A stretch of DNA of 64,000 bases from an uncultured Nitrososphaerota archaeon. GTDB taxonomy: Archaea; Thermoproteota; Nitrososphaeria; Nitrososphaerales; Gagatemarchaeaceae. The notes below the pieces were generated by a model. The model was not told where the DNA came from. It made no database searches and worked only from the letters and a program-made list of their open reading frames with translations. Below, piece by piece: positions 38,072 through 46,712 of this stretch. The DNA lies in assembly GCA_963703285.1 (NCBI GenBank), contig OY969807.1:256001-320000 (forward strand). The letters are read 5' to 3'. Made by a program: the position numbers and the translations under genes. Numbering within the stretch: position 1 is the stretch's first letter; every line of letters begins with the position of its first letter.

Positions 38072-39868
38072 ATGTCCACCACAATAACCGAGCCGGCAGC
38101 CGACGTCGTCGTGGTCGGCCTAGGAGCGACCGGAGGAATCATATGCGCCGAACTCGTGAAGGCCGGGCTGAAAGTCGTAGGAATCGACAAGGGACCCTAC
38201 CTGGACTACTCAGTCGACTTTGCAGAGTCGCAGAAGTTCGACGAGTGGAAGACCCAATTCGCGCACTTCTACGATCATCACCTCAGCATGTGGACCTACA
38301 GCATCCGAAACGAGCCGACCCAGTTCGCTATCCCGGTAAGGAGGTACACGAAGTCCATCTCCACCGTGCCCGAAGCCCACGAAGTCGGCGGAATGTGTGT
38401 ACACTTCAGCGGCGGCCTCGGGAGATACATGCCCTGGACCTATCAGGCCTATTCCATGACCAACAGCAGGTACGGGACGAGCTTCCTTGACAGCATAGAG
38501 GGTAACATCGACCTCGAAGATTACCCCTTCACCGCCGCGGATCTCGTTCCCTACGCCCAATCTTGGGAGCAGTGTGACGGTGTCTCCGGGACCAACCAAG
38601 AGCCCTTCATTCCCAATTCGACCTATCCTGTGCCGCCCCATCCGACGACAGCGTTGGGTACCTTGTTCAACGACACCGCCTCAGATCTTGGATACCACCC
38701 CTATCCATCACCCACAGGAATCCTGTCCGAGCCCTATGTGAATCAGTACGGCCTCTCCCGCAACGAGTGCGTCTACGATGGCTGGTGCACGACCGCGACC
38801 TGCAACTTTGTATGCGAGACCGGCGCCAAGGGCAGCTCACACGTCAGCGCCATCCCTTATGCCTTGGCATCGAGCAACTTCACCATGGTCACAAACTCCT
38901 ACGTCTTCCGCGTCAACCTGAACTCCGCCCAGACCCAGGCAACGGGAGTCAGCTACTACGACCAAGCAGGGAATATCCATATTCAGCCCGCTTCGGTCGT
39001 CCACATCTCGCAGTGGAGCGGATCGTCCATGAGACAGATGTTCCTTTCTGGAATAGGAACGCAGTACAACTACACCACTCAGACCGGTGCCCTCGGCAGA
39101 GGTTTCGTCCCGACGCCCGTTGGGAACGCCTCGACTTCGGGGACCATTGCCATCGGAGGCAACGGGTATCCAGCCGGTAACGCGTCGGGCGGAGGCTACG
39201 CGTTCGAGGACTGGGCAGGCGACAACGTGGACCACACGGGCCTCAACTTCATAGGTGGAGTAACAGTCTCTGCCGGAGGCTACCCAGGAGGCTCCATAAA
39301 CACTCTCACGCTCGTGAGCCCCGGTGCAACAAACTTCGGGAGCACTTACAAGGCGAACCTGAAGAACCACTTCCTTCCGACTACCCAGACCGTGAGCGTG
39401 GGTGGTTCCGGCATCATTCTCCCCACCTACGACCACTTCACCGACCTTGATCCCCACTACGAGGACATGTACGGGGACCCCATCCTGAGGATGTGCATGG
39501 ACAACGACACCAACGCCCCAACCTGCACCAACTACTTCGCCCAGCTCCCTGAAGCGACGACGCTCCTCCAGAAACTGGGTGCGACGAACATCAAGACCTC
39601 CGTGCCAGCAATCAGCAGCATAGCCCACGTCGACAGATGGAGCGCGCACCAGCGTGGCGGCGCGAGGGCGGGGGCAAATCCAAGCACGTCGGCCTTCAAC
39701 GCGTGGCTCCAATCCTGGACGGTGGATAATGTCTTCACGACAGGAGAGCACCTCCAGATGCTCGGGGACAACGTGACTCCAGGCACCCATGGGATTGGCC
39801 CCTACGCGTATCTGGCTTCGGAGGGAATCCAGATGTATTTGAAGAGTCCAGGACCGCTAGCGACCTGA
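38072..39868 (+). CDS. GMC flavoprotein oxidoreductase, gluconate-2-DH flavoprotein-like (copy 1)
   Basis: GLGATG Rossmann motif, VGGMCVH, CVYDGWC...C...CETGAK, AHQRGG. Confidence 0.92.
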   Translation: MSTTITEPAADVVVVGLGATGGIICAELVKAGLKVVGIDKGPYLDYSVDFAESQKFDEWKTQFAHFYDHHLSMWTYSIRNEPTQFAIPVRRYTKSISTVPEAHEVGGMCVHFSGGLGRYMPWTYQAYSMTNSRYGTSFLDSIEGNIDLEDYPFTAADLVPYAQSWEQCDGVSGTNQEPFIPNSTYPVPPHPTTALGTLFNDTASDLGYHPYPSPTGILSEPYVNQYGLSRNECVYDGWCTTATCNFVCETGAKGSSHVSAIPYALASSNFTMVTNSYVFRVNLNSAQTQATGVSYYDQAGNIHIQPASVVHISQWSGSSMRQMFLSGIGTQYNYTTQTGALGRGFVPTPVGNASTSGTIAIGGNGYPAGNASGGGYAFEDWAGDNVDHTGLNFIGGVTVSAGGYPGGSINTLTLVSPGATNFGSTYKANLKNHFLPTTQTVSVGGSGIILPTYDHFTDLDPHYEDMYGDPILRMCMDNDTNAPTCTNYFAQLPEATTLLQKLGATNIKTSVPAISSIAHVDRWSAHQRGGARAGANPSTSAFNAWLQSWTVDNVFTTGEHLQMLGDNVTPGTHGIGPYAYLASEGIQMYLKSPGPLAT

Positions 39869-39879
39869 CCAGAAGATAC

Positions 39880-40160
39880 CAGCACACAATCTCGGATAGG
39901 AAGACGTCGGCCTCAGGGGGCAGTTCTCTGGTCCTGGCTTCAAGGTTCGGAGCACCGCGTAGGAGGACGGCATCTCGGCATCGCCTGATCAGGGAGTTCA
40001 CCTCGTCGGGTGTCTTTTCGAGTATGCAATCGTTCACCAGGAAGTCCCTAGCTGACGGCTCCTCCATGAAACCGATGAGCGGAAGGGCGTCTCGCGAAGT
40101 ATCGGCCACGGTCGTTCGAAGAGACTTCAGCTTCGATTCGATAATAAGCTGAGCGTCAGC
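39880..40160 (-). pseudogene. Probable truncated gene remnant
   Basis: Protein-like stretch (LPLIGFMEEPSARDFLVNDCIL...) that runs into the 3' end of the GMC gene. Confidence 0.3.
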
Positions 40161-40395
40161 TTGCTGTCTCGGGACGGATAGGAAACTGGCGGTCCCTCTT
40201 CGGCCTTCCTGTGAGCGCGGATTGAAGGCCTGACAAGAACCATATAATGTTGGGGTTAGGAAAGAAGGGCAATCAAGTCGTAGACCTAACCAGGGGGCCT
40301 CATTCGACGGTAATCGGCGTCGTAATGAAATCTCAGGCCTGCATCCCCCATTGGGTCGCTTGGTCGAAGGACCGATAATTTTTTCCAAGAGACCG

Positions 40396-40521
40396 ATGAC
40401 TGGACCAGCCATGACGGTGAAAGAGGCCTATGTCTTAGAGGAGAAGCAGAAGCCATCGTTCATCTGCGATTTCTGTGGTCTCGAGAAGCCCGCGGATCGC
40501 TACCTTCGATGTCCCCGCTAA
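40396..40521 (+). pseudogene. Truncated AN1 zinc-finger paralog
   Basis: Near-identical to 44769.. including upstream DNA, but similarity breaks after KPAD and it stops early. Confidence 0.75.
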
Positions 40522-40897
40522 CTTCACGATCTAGGTCTTGCCGCCGTCGCGCTCTAGAACGTGGGACCCCGTCGCGCCGCTGGCAATGCCGAGATCCTCT
40601 AAAGCTCTGACCGCCTTCAGGTGGATCTGCGCATGCCGGATCGGCGGTTTCTTCACGCGCCAACACTTGAGCCTGATGCGAGCCTTTCCGCGCCCGCTCT
40701 CCAACGGCGGCTGCAGATTCCCGCCTTTGAGCCGGGCTGCCAACGCGTTGTCGTTAGTCCGCCCCGAAACCTTATTCAACACAGGCTTGTCGGAAATGGC
40801 GAACTTCGGTTTGGGCCGGACTCAATCGCGGCAATTCTCAACAATGAGCATCGTGCGCGGTCAATATCCTTGCGTTCCGCATAAATGATGAATGGCC

Positions 40898-41155
40898 GGA
40901 ATATTAAATACGTATATACCGCTTTATAACATACGTTAAGGCAATGGCTGATAGCAGCAAGCCAATGACCAAGGAAGGAGACCGAAGGACCTTCCTCAAG
41001 ATTGGCGCCGGCGTGGTTGCTGGCGCAGTCGTAGCAGGTGTCGCAACAGACGCCTACCTCAGTAGCGTGATAGGAAGCAACAATAGTAGCTCGAGCAGCG
41101 CAGTCGCATCCCTCTCGAATCAGCTCGCATCGACGCAGAACGAGCTGTCATCGAC
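40898..41155 (+). repeat. 258-bp direct repeat, copy 2
   Basis: Identical by eye to 36881-37138. Confidence 0.9.
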
Positions 41156-42260
41156 CGCAGCCCAACTAAGCTCCGCGCAGGCCCAGGCGGCTTCGCTCAG
41201 CGGTCAGCTGAGTTCGACTCAGGCGCAGCTCACCAGCGCGAGCTCCGCGCTGACGAGCGTCAGCTCGCAGCTCACCTCGACCCAGCAGGCGCTCTCGAGC
41301 GCGAATGGGCAGGTAGCGTCGCTGAACACCCAGGTCACGTCCCTGAACTCCGCCGTCTCCAGCGCGACCATGCAGGCGACGACCCTTCAGGACAACCTGG
41401 ACACGCAGTCCGCTTTCCTCTCCCTTAGCACGACGGAGCAGGTGGAACTTGAAGCGATATGCGAGTGCATCATCCCGTCCGATAGCACCGGACCCGGGGC
41501 AAAGGAGGCAGGAGCAATCTACTTCATAGACAGACAGCTGAAGGGCGTGTACGGGACGAACGGCCTGATGTATAGGCAGGAACCGTACATCCCCTCGAAC
41601 GTCTCGACCACACTCACGGTGTTAAGCTCGGCCGGAACTCCGATCACTTACCCCGGAGGCTCGGTCACGTACGTGAACGGTCCCAACTCGTTCACGGTGA
41701 AGTACAATCCAACCGCCAACGTCAGGGTCGGCGCAGGGTCCCGGTATCAGTACGCGTTCGACATGAAGGAGTTCTGGACGATAGGCCTCGCAGGCATCCA
41801 GCAGTACGCCAACGCCAAGTACGGCGGAAACTTCGAGACGCTCTCGGCAACGAACCAGACAGCCTGCCTAACCGACCTCTGGAACAACGTGCCAACCTAC
41901 GACGGCGCGGGCGGTGCCATCACGGGTGGATCGCCGAGCAGCAACCAGGGGGTCATACCGAACATCAACGCCCCATCCGGACTCGACAGCAGCGTTGCAG
42001 TCCCCGGAACTCAGTTCGGAGCCGTCCTTCCTTCAGACTTCGCATACGAGCTGTTCTTCATGGTGTGGAACGGCTACTGGGTGGACCCAGTGTACGGTGG
42101 CAACAAGGGAATGGTCGGGTGGTCCTACGTCGGGTTCCACGGTGTCAACCTGGGCGACTTCTACAACGAAGGATACACATCGAAGCAGCTCATGGTCGCG
42201 ACGACACCGATCACCCTCAAGCCAGCGAGCCTCGGGCAGTACCAGAAGGGGTCCGCATAG
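40944..42260 (+). CDS. Gluconate 2-dehydrogenase subunit-3-like protein with Tat signal and coiled-coil stalk (copy 2)
   Basis: DRRTFLK; heptad repeats; IIPSD..GPGAKEAGA.YFIDRQL; DPVYGGNKGMVGW. Confidence 0.9.
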   Translation: MADSSKPMTKEGDRRTFLKIGAGVVAGAVVAGVATDAYLSSVIGSNNSSSSSAVASLSNQLASTQNELSSTAAQLSSAQAQAASLSGQLSSTQAQLTSASSALTSVSSQLTSTQQALSSANGQVASLNTQVTSLNSAVSSATMQATTLQDNLDTQSAFLSLSTTEQVELEAICECIIPSDSTGPGAKEAGAIYFIDRQLKGVYGTNGLMYRQEPYIPSNVSTTLTVLSSAGTPITYPGGSVTYVNGPNSFTVKYNPTANVRVGAGSRYQYAFDMKEFWTIGLAGIQQYANAKYGGNFETLSATNQTACLTDLWNNVPTYDGAGGAITGGSPSSNQGVIPNINAPSGLDSSVAVPGTQFGAVLPSDFAYELFFMVWNGYWVDPVYGGNKGMVGWSYVGFHGVNLGDFYNEGYTSKQLMVATTPITLKPASLGQYQKGSA

Positions 42261-42266
42261 GAGCTG

Positions 42267-44159
42267 ATGGAGATGTCTACTACAATCACGGAACCGGCGG
42301 CCGACGTCGTCCTGATGGGCGTCGGGGTAGTGAGCGGCACAATCGCGGCCGAGCTCACTGCCGCGGGATACAAGGTGGCGGGTATCGTCAGGGGTCCCTA
42401 CTGGAACTTCGTGACCGACTTCGCGTCCACCAAGTACGACGAATGGGGCATCCAGTGGGAGAGGAAGTTCGACGTCCCATACTCCTGGGGAGCCCAGACA
42501 ATCAGAAACAACTCCAACCAGTTCGCACTTCCCATACGGAGAGCGACCTTCCCCATCCAATACCACAACTTTGGGTTGGGTGTAGGCGGAGCGGCGCACC
42601 ACTACGGTGGGGCCATGGGCAGGAACAGCCCTTGGGGCTTCTCCATGATGTCCTCGACGGTCAACCGTTACGGTGCGAGTTTCCTCCCCTCGATCAACCC
42701 CTTCGATGACACCGAGGACTGGCCGATGACCTATGCCGAGTACGAGCCATACTACTCGGCTTGGGAACAGAACTTCGGTCTCAGTGGCCACACCGCAGGG
42801 AGCAACGGAAACGGCGAAGCCATCACCTCTGCTGGCATCGCCGGCGGACCCGCCATACCCATGAGCAAGGACTATCCACTTCCTGGACATCCAGATACAC
42901 CCCTCGGCACGCTGTTCAAGACAGCCACTGCGGATCTGGGTTACAACCCATTCCCAACGACAAGCTCACTCGCGTCCGAAGCCTACGTGAACCCGTACGG
43001 GGTCACGATCAACGGGTGCGTCTATGAAGGATGGTGCACAGGCGGAGGATGCAACTTCGTCTGCGAGACGGGCGCCAAGGGCAACTCGGCGTTCAGAAGC
43101 GTCCCCGCGGCGGTCAAGTCCGGCAAGTTCACCCTCTCCCTGAACAGCGAGGTATTCAGGATGGACTACGACACAACAACAGGGCTCGTCACCGCTGCAA
43201 GGTACTACGACGCGGCAGGTAACGTCCACATCCAGCCCGGCACGGCCTTCTTCAACGGTCTCCACGGTGGCAACCAGGTCAGGGCGATGCTCACGTCAGG
43301 TGTGGGTGTCCCGTACAATCCGACCACTGTCACGGGGACCGTGGGCAGGGGCTACACCAACGGCTACCTCCCGTTCAGCGGCACCGGAGGCCCGAGCGGT
43401 TCGATCGCGGGGCTGGGCCTCAACTCCATCGCAGGAAACGGGGGCGGAGGCTACACCCTCTACGAGTTCATGGACGACGGCTTCGACCACACGGGACTGA
43501 CCTTCATCGGCGGACCCGAGCAGTCCGCTGGAGGCTACTCAGGAAGCGGTCCCACCAACGTATCCACGGCCGGTGGCGCGAGCTCTGGCAGCCAAGGCAG
43601 CAAGTACAAGGCGACGCTGCAGAACAGGTACATCACGGGCGGCAGCGCCGCACGCGTGGGCTTCGGAGGAATGGGGCCAGACCTTCCCAACACGCTCAAC
43701 ATGTGGGACCTCGACCCACACTACAACGACCTATGGGGAGACCCCATACCAAGAATCACGCACGAGTGGACCCCGAACCCCTATCAGTCGGCCACCTACT
43801 TCGCTTCAGCGCCCGGGAACACGGCTTTCATACCGATCCTGAACAAGTTGGGCGCAACGAACATCTCCGACGGGGGGACCACAATCGTGCAGCCTTACAG
43901 CGCACACAACGACTGGTGGGGACACCACATCAGAGGAGGCAACAGGGTCGGCCTGTCCTCGAGCTCCTCCACATTCAACGCGTACCAGCAGTGCTGGACG
44001 GCACCAAACCTCTTCGCCGCGGGCGAATGCAACAACACGACGGGCGACACGGTTCCATCCGGGACGCACCAGGCAGGGATGCAGTCGGAAGTAGCATCGG
44101 AAGGCATCCAGATGTACCTGAAGAACACGTCTGGCGGCCTGCTAGTAGCGTCGAAGTAA
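42267..44159 (+). CDS. GMC flavoprotein oxidoreductase (copy 2)
   Basis: MGVGVVSG, VGGAAHHY, CVYEGWC...CNFVCETGAK, GHHIRGG. Confidence 0.92.
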   Translation: MEMSTTITEPAADVVLMGVGVVSGTIAAELTAAGYKVAGIVRGPYWNFVTDFASTKYDEWGIQWERKFDVPYSWGAQTIRNNSNQFALPIRRATFPIQYHNFGLGVGGAAHHYGGAMGRNSPWGFSMMSSTVNRYGASFLPSINPFDDTEDWPMTYAEYEPYYSAWEQNFGLSGHTAGSNGNGEAITSAGIAGGPAIPMSKDYPLPGHPDTPLGTLFKTATADLGYNPFPTTSSLASEAYVNPYGVTINGCVYEGWCTGGGCNFVCETGAKGNSAFRSVPAAVKSGKFTLSLNSEVFRMDYDTTTGLVTAARYYDAAGNVHIQPGTAFFNGLHGGNQVRAMLTSGVGVPYNPTTVTGTVGRGYTNGYLPFSGTGGPSGSIAGLGLNSIAGNGGGGYTLYEFMDDGFDHTGLTFIGGPEQSAGGYSGSGPTNVSTAGGASSGSQGSKYKATLQNRYITGGSAARVGFGGMGPDLPNTLNMWDLDPHYNDLWGDPIPRITHEWTPNPYQSATYFASAPGNTAFIPILNKLGATNISDGGTTIVQPYSAHNDWWGHHIRGGNRVGLSSSSSTFNAYQQCWTAPNLFAAGECNNTTGDTVPSGTHQAGMQSEVASEGIQMYLKNTSGGLLVASK

Positions 44160-44362
44160 GCGTCCAAAGAAGAGAGGTGCCTGAACAAGGCACCTTCTTT
44201 CCTCATTTTCTAGGATTTTTGCAGCTGTGTGAAGCCACACTTACTGCTATCAGTTTCGATCAAGGGTTCCAATCGCTGGCACGAGCCCTTCCGATCAGTG
44301 TCGCTCTGGGTTCCAGGGCAGGGCCTAGGATTTATTTAGTGCCGCGGAGGAGAGTTCAGGTA

Positions 44363-44623
44363 ATGGCTGAGAAACAAGCTGACCAGGCTGGAGCCGTCGA
44401 GGGAGGCCGAGCGACCCCGGAATCTCCGGAAGCCGCCCCCGTTCCCGCGAAGGAGCGGCCCACCTTCGTCTGCGAGTCCTGTGGTCCGCAGAAGCCAGTA
44501 CAGGAGGTCTATCAGTGCACGCTTTGCACATTGAGCTATTGTGTCAACCATATCGCCCCCATGGCTCACTATTGCTTCGGCGCACTAGGCAAGCCACAGA
44601 CCATCGGCGTGTCGGGATCCTAG
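44363..44623 (+). CDS. Stand-alone AN1-type zinc-finger protein (86 aa)
   Basis: CESC-x11-CTLC-x4-C-x2-H-x5-H-x-C. Confidence 0.8.
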   Translation: MAEKQADQAGAVEGGRATPESPEAAPVPAKERPTFVCESCGPQKPVQEVYQCTLCTLSYCVNHIAPMAHYCFGALGKPQTIGVSGS

Positions 44624-44768
44624 GGTCGGCAGGACATCCGCCCGCTGGACTGGGCCCGGAGCTCGGAGTCCCTTCGTTCGAACGTACTCCTCGCTGAGAC
44701 AGATTTCTTCACACGCACGTCAACCGGGTCGACTGGTCGAAAGACCGATAATTTTTTCTAAGAGACGG

Positions 44769-44954
44769 ATGGCTGGCCCAGCCATGACCGTGAAAGAGGC
44801 CGACGTCGCGGGGGAGAAGAAGCCGACGTTCATCTGCGATTTCTGTGGTCCCGAGAAGCCCGCGGATCAAGTGTTTCAGTGTACGGTCTGCCTGAAGGAC
44901 TTCTGCGTGGTCCATCTCGTCACCTGGGCACACGACTGCTTTCACAACGAGTGA
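44769..44954 (+). CDS. Stand-alone AN1-type zinc-finger protein (61 aa)
   Basis: CDFC-x11-CTVC-x4-C-x2-H-x5-H-x-C. Confidence 0.8.
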   Translation: MAGPAMTVKEADVAGEKKPTFICDFCGPEKPADQVFQCTVCLKDFCVVHLVTWAHDCFHNE

Positions 44955-45090
44955 AATCCAACAGCGGCGGCGCTACGGGCGGAGGACGGCGTTCGCCTTC
45001 CTCCGAATCCTAAGACGTGGACGTCTCTCGACAGAGCTGCTTAGGAAGAGCTAATATCTCCCCTCGAGCGCTGTCGTTGAGGAGATAGAA

Positions 45091-45693
45091 TTGCTCAACG
45101 CGCCCAGGAAGGGTCCGCCCCCGAAGCTCGAAATGTACTCGAGCAGGGTCCCCAAGCCGGAGGAGATTGTGCTAGTCCCCCAGCCGATCCTCAAGACGTC
45201 AATGAAGGTCCTGGATAGGCTGAAGGACAACGTCAGGGCAAAGTGGGCCGTAGGAGGGGATGCGGGCGAGGTGATGTCGGGCGTGAACGTCACCCCGGAA
45301 TACCTGGAGATCCTCACGACAAAGGACGGATGCGACGAGATATGCAAGGAGCTGGCCGAGTATCAGACCTTAGCACCGTCGGTCGTCGAGAGGAAGCTCT
45401 CGAAGGAGGCGGACATAGACGGAAAGATGCTCCCCGTCTACACGAAGAGCTACTATGCCGAACTCACGATCGATGGTGTCAAGGTCGAGGTCCACGGTGA
45501 CGAGCAGATCAAGGTGGGCGAGTGGGAATGGGGAGACCCATTGGACTTCACGCCAGATTACACCTACATCCCGGGTGGGAAGCTCCCGCTCGTCCCCCTG
45601 TCGCTGAAGAGCGAGCTCTACATCGGCTTGGGCTGGCTAGACCGTGTAAGGCTGGTATCCGACGCGGTCCTCGCGAAGCATCACGGCCACTGA
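45091..45693 (+). CDS. Nucleotidyltransferase-fold protein with degenerate motif
   Basis: WAVGG.....SGV...PEYLEILT in place of the usual GS...P.DID. Confidence 0.6.
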   Translation: MLNAPRKGPPPKLEMYSSRVPKPEEIVLVPQPILKTSMKVLDRLKDNVRAKWAVGGDAGEVMSGVNVTPEYLEILTTKDGCDEICKELAEYQTLAPSVVERKLSKEADIDGKMLPVYTKSYYAELTIDGVKVEVHGDEQIKVGEWEWGDPLDFTPDYTYIPGGKLPLVPLSLKSELYIGLGWLDRVRLVSDAVLAKHHGH

Positions 45694-45706
45694 AGTTGGT
45701 CGGGGC

Positions 45707-46054
45707 TCAGGCGCCGCAGAGGAAGCACCTGAGATCGGAACCGGTAGGGCTCGCAGGGTGCGTCTTGTTCTCCAGCTGCCCGCGGAAGTTGTGATACTGC
45801 GCGCATTCCGTCTCGAAGGCTATCTTCGGGTTGCCCAAGCTGAACTTGAAGTAGGCGTACTTCATGGTCGAGAGCTTCTCCGTTATCTCGGCCCTCAGGT
45901 CGGAGTCGGACCTTCCGATGTATCTCGGGATGAACTCGCCTGAATCGTCCTTGAATCCGAGGACGTAGTTGCCTGGCTCCCCCGGCCTGACCATGCGCTC
46001 TATCACGACCTGTTCGAATCTGAACACGTTCGGTCCCATCCAGAGGTCAGGCAT
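45707..46054 (-). CDS. Small GIY-YIG-like protein
   Basis: PGNYVLG...RYIGRSDSDL, AFETEC, N..HP, C-terminal CxxC. Confidence 0.65.
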   Translation of the reverse strand: MPDLWMGPNVFRFEQVVIERMVRPGEPGNYVLGFKDDSGEFIPRYIGRSDSDLRAEITEKLSTMKYAYFKFSLGNPKIAFETECAQYHNFRGQLENKTHPASPTGSDLRCFLCGA

Positions 46055-46231
46055 GCAATCGTCGGCCCGGACGAGCCGTAATTATAGTTGTGCTCGTATC
46101 TCCACAGAGTCGAAGGCCAATCCGTGTGATTCGTGCCAATCGACCGGGCCTCGAACAGGTATGGCGGTCCTCGCCGACCCGCGACCGTCACCCCAAAACC
46201 TTTTTCTAGGAAGAGACGCTACCGTCGGCAT

Positions 46232-46600
46232 ATGTCTTCTCCGGCGAAGCCAATACTACTCACTGCCAACTATGTGACTGGCTACAAGGTGGATAGGGTC
46301 CTCGGCCTCGTCTATGGGATCACCGTAAGGTCCCGGGGCGTCGGAGGGAACATAATGGCGGGGCTGCGCACGCTCAAGGGCGGCGAGATCAACGAGTACA
46401 CGGAGATGGCCCACCAGGCCCGGCAGCAAGCCCTGGACAGACTCTCGGACCAGGCGGCCAAGATCGGTGCGAACGCCGTAATCAGCGTGATGTTCGACTC
46501 CACCGAGATCGGGAGCACGATGGACGAGATAATCGCCTTCGGCACCGCGGTCGTCGTCACGCCTACCTCAGACCCACAGCAGTTCGTCCGACTCAGCTGA
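46232..46600 (+). CDS. YbjQ/UPF0145 family protein
   Basis: LGLVYG.TVRSR, GGEINEYT, GANAVI, AFGTAVVV. Confidence 0.93.
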   Translation: MSSPAKPILLTANYVTGYKVDRVLGLVYGITVRSRGVGGNIMAGLRTLKGGEINEYTEMAHQARQQALDRLSDQAAKIGANAVISVMFDSTEIGSTMDEIIAFGTAVVVTPTSDPQQFVRLS

Positions 46601-46712
46601 TGCGTCTAGTCGGCGCGGAAGGCGCGTGACTCTCCTCCGCGAGCGTCCCGAAATCACTATGGTTATATAACCACTGATTAGTGGGCGTCCAATACGTTCT
46701 GGGGATTTCCAA

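Noticed and set aside
40531-40888. Short ORFs between the GMC operons as a homing endonuclease or transposase
   Set aside because: No convincing motif in any frame; likely decayed DNA
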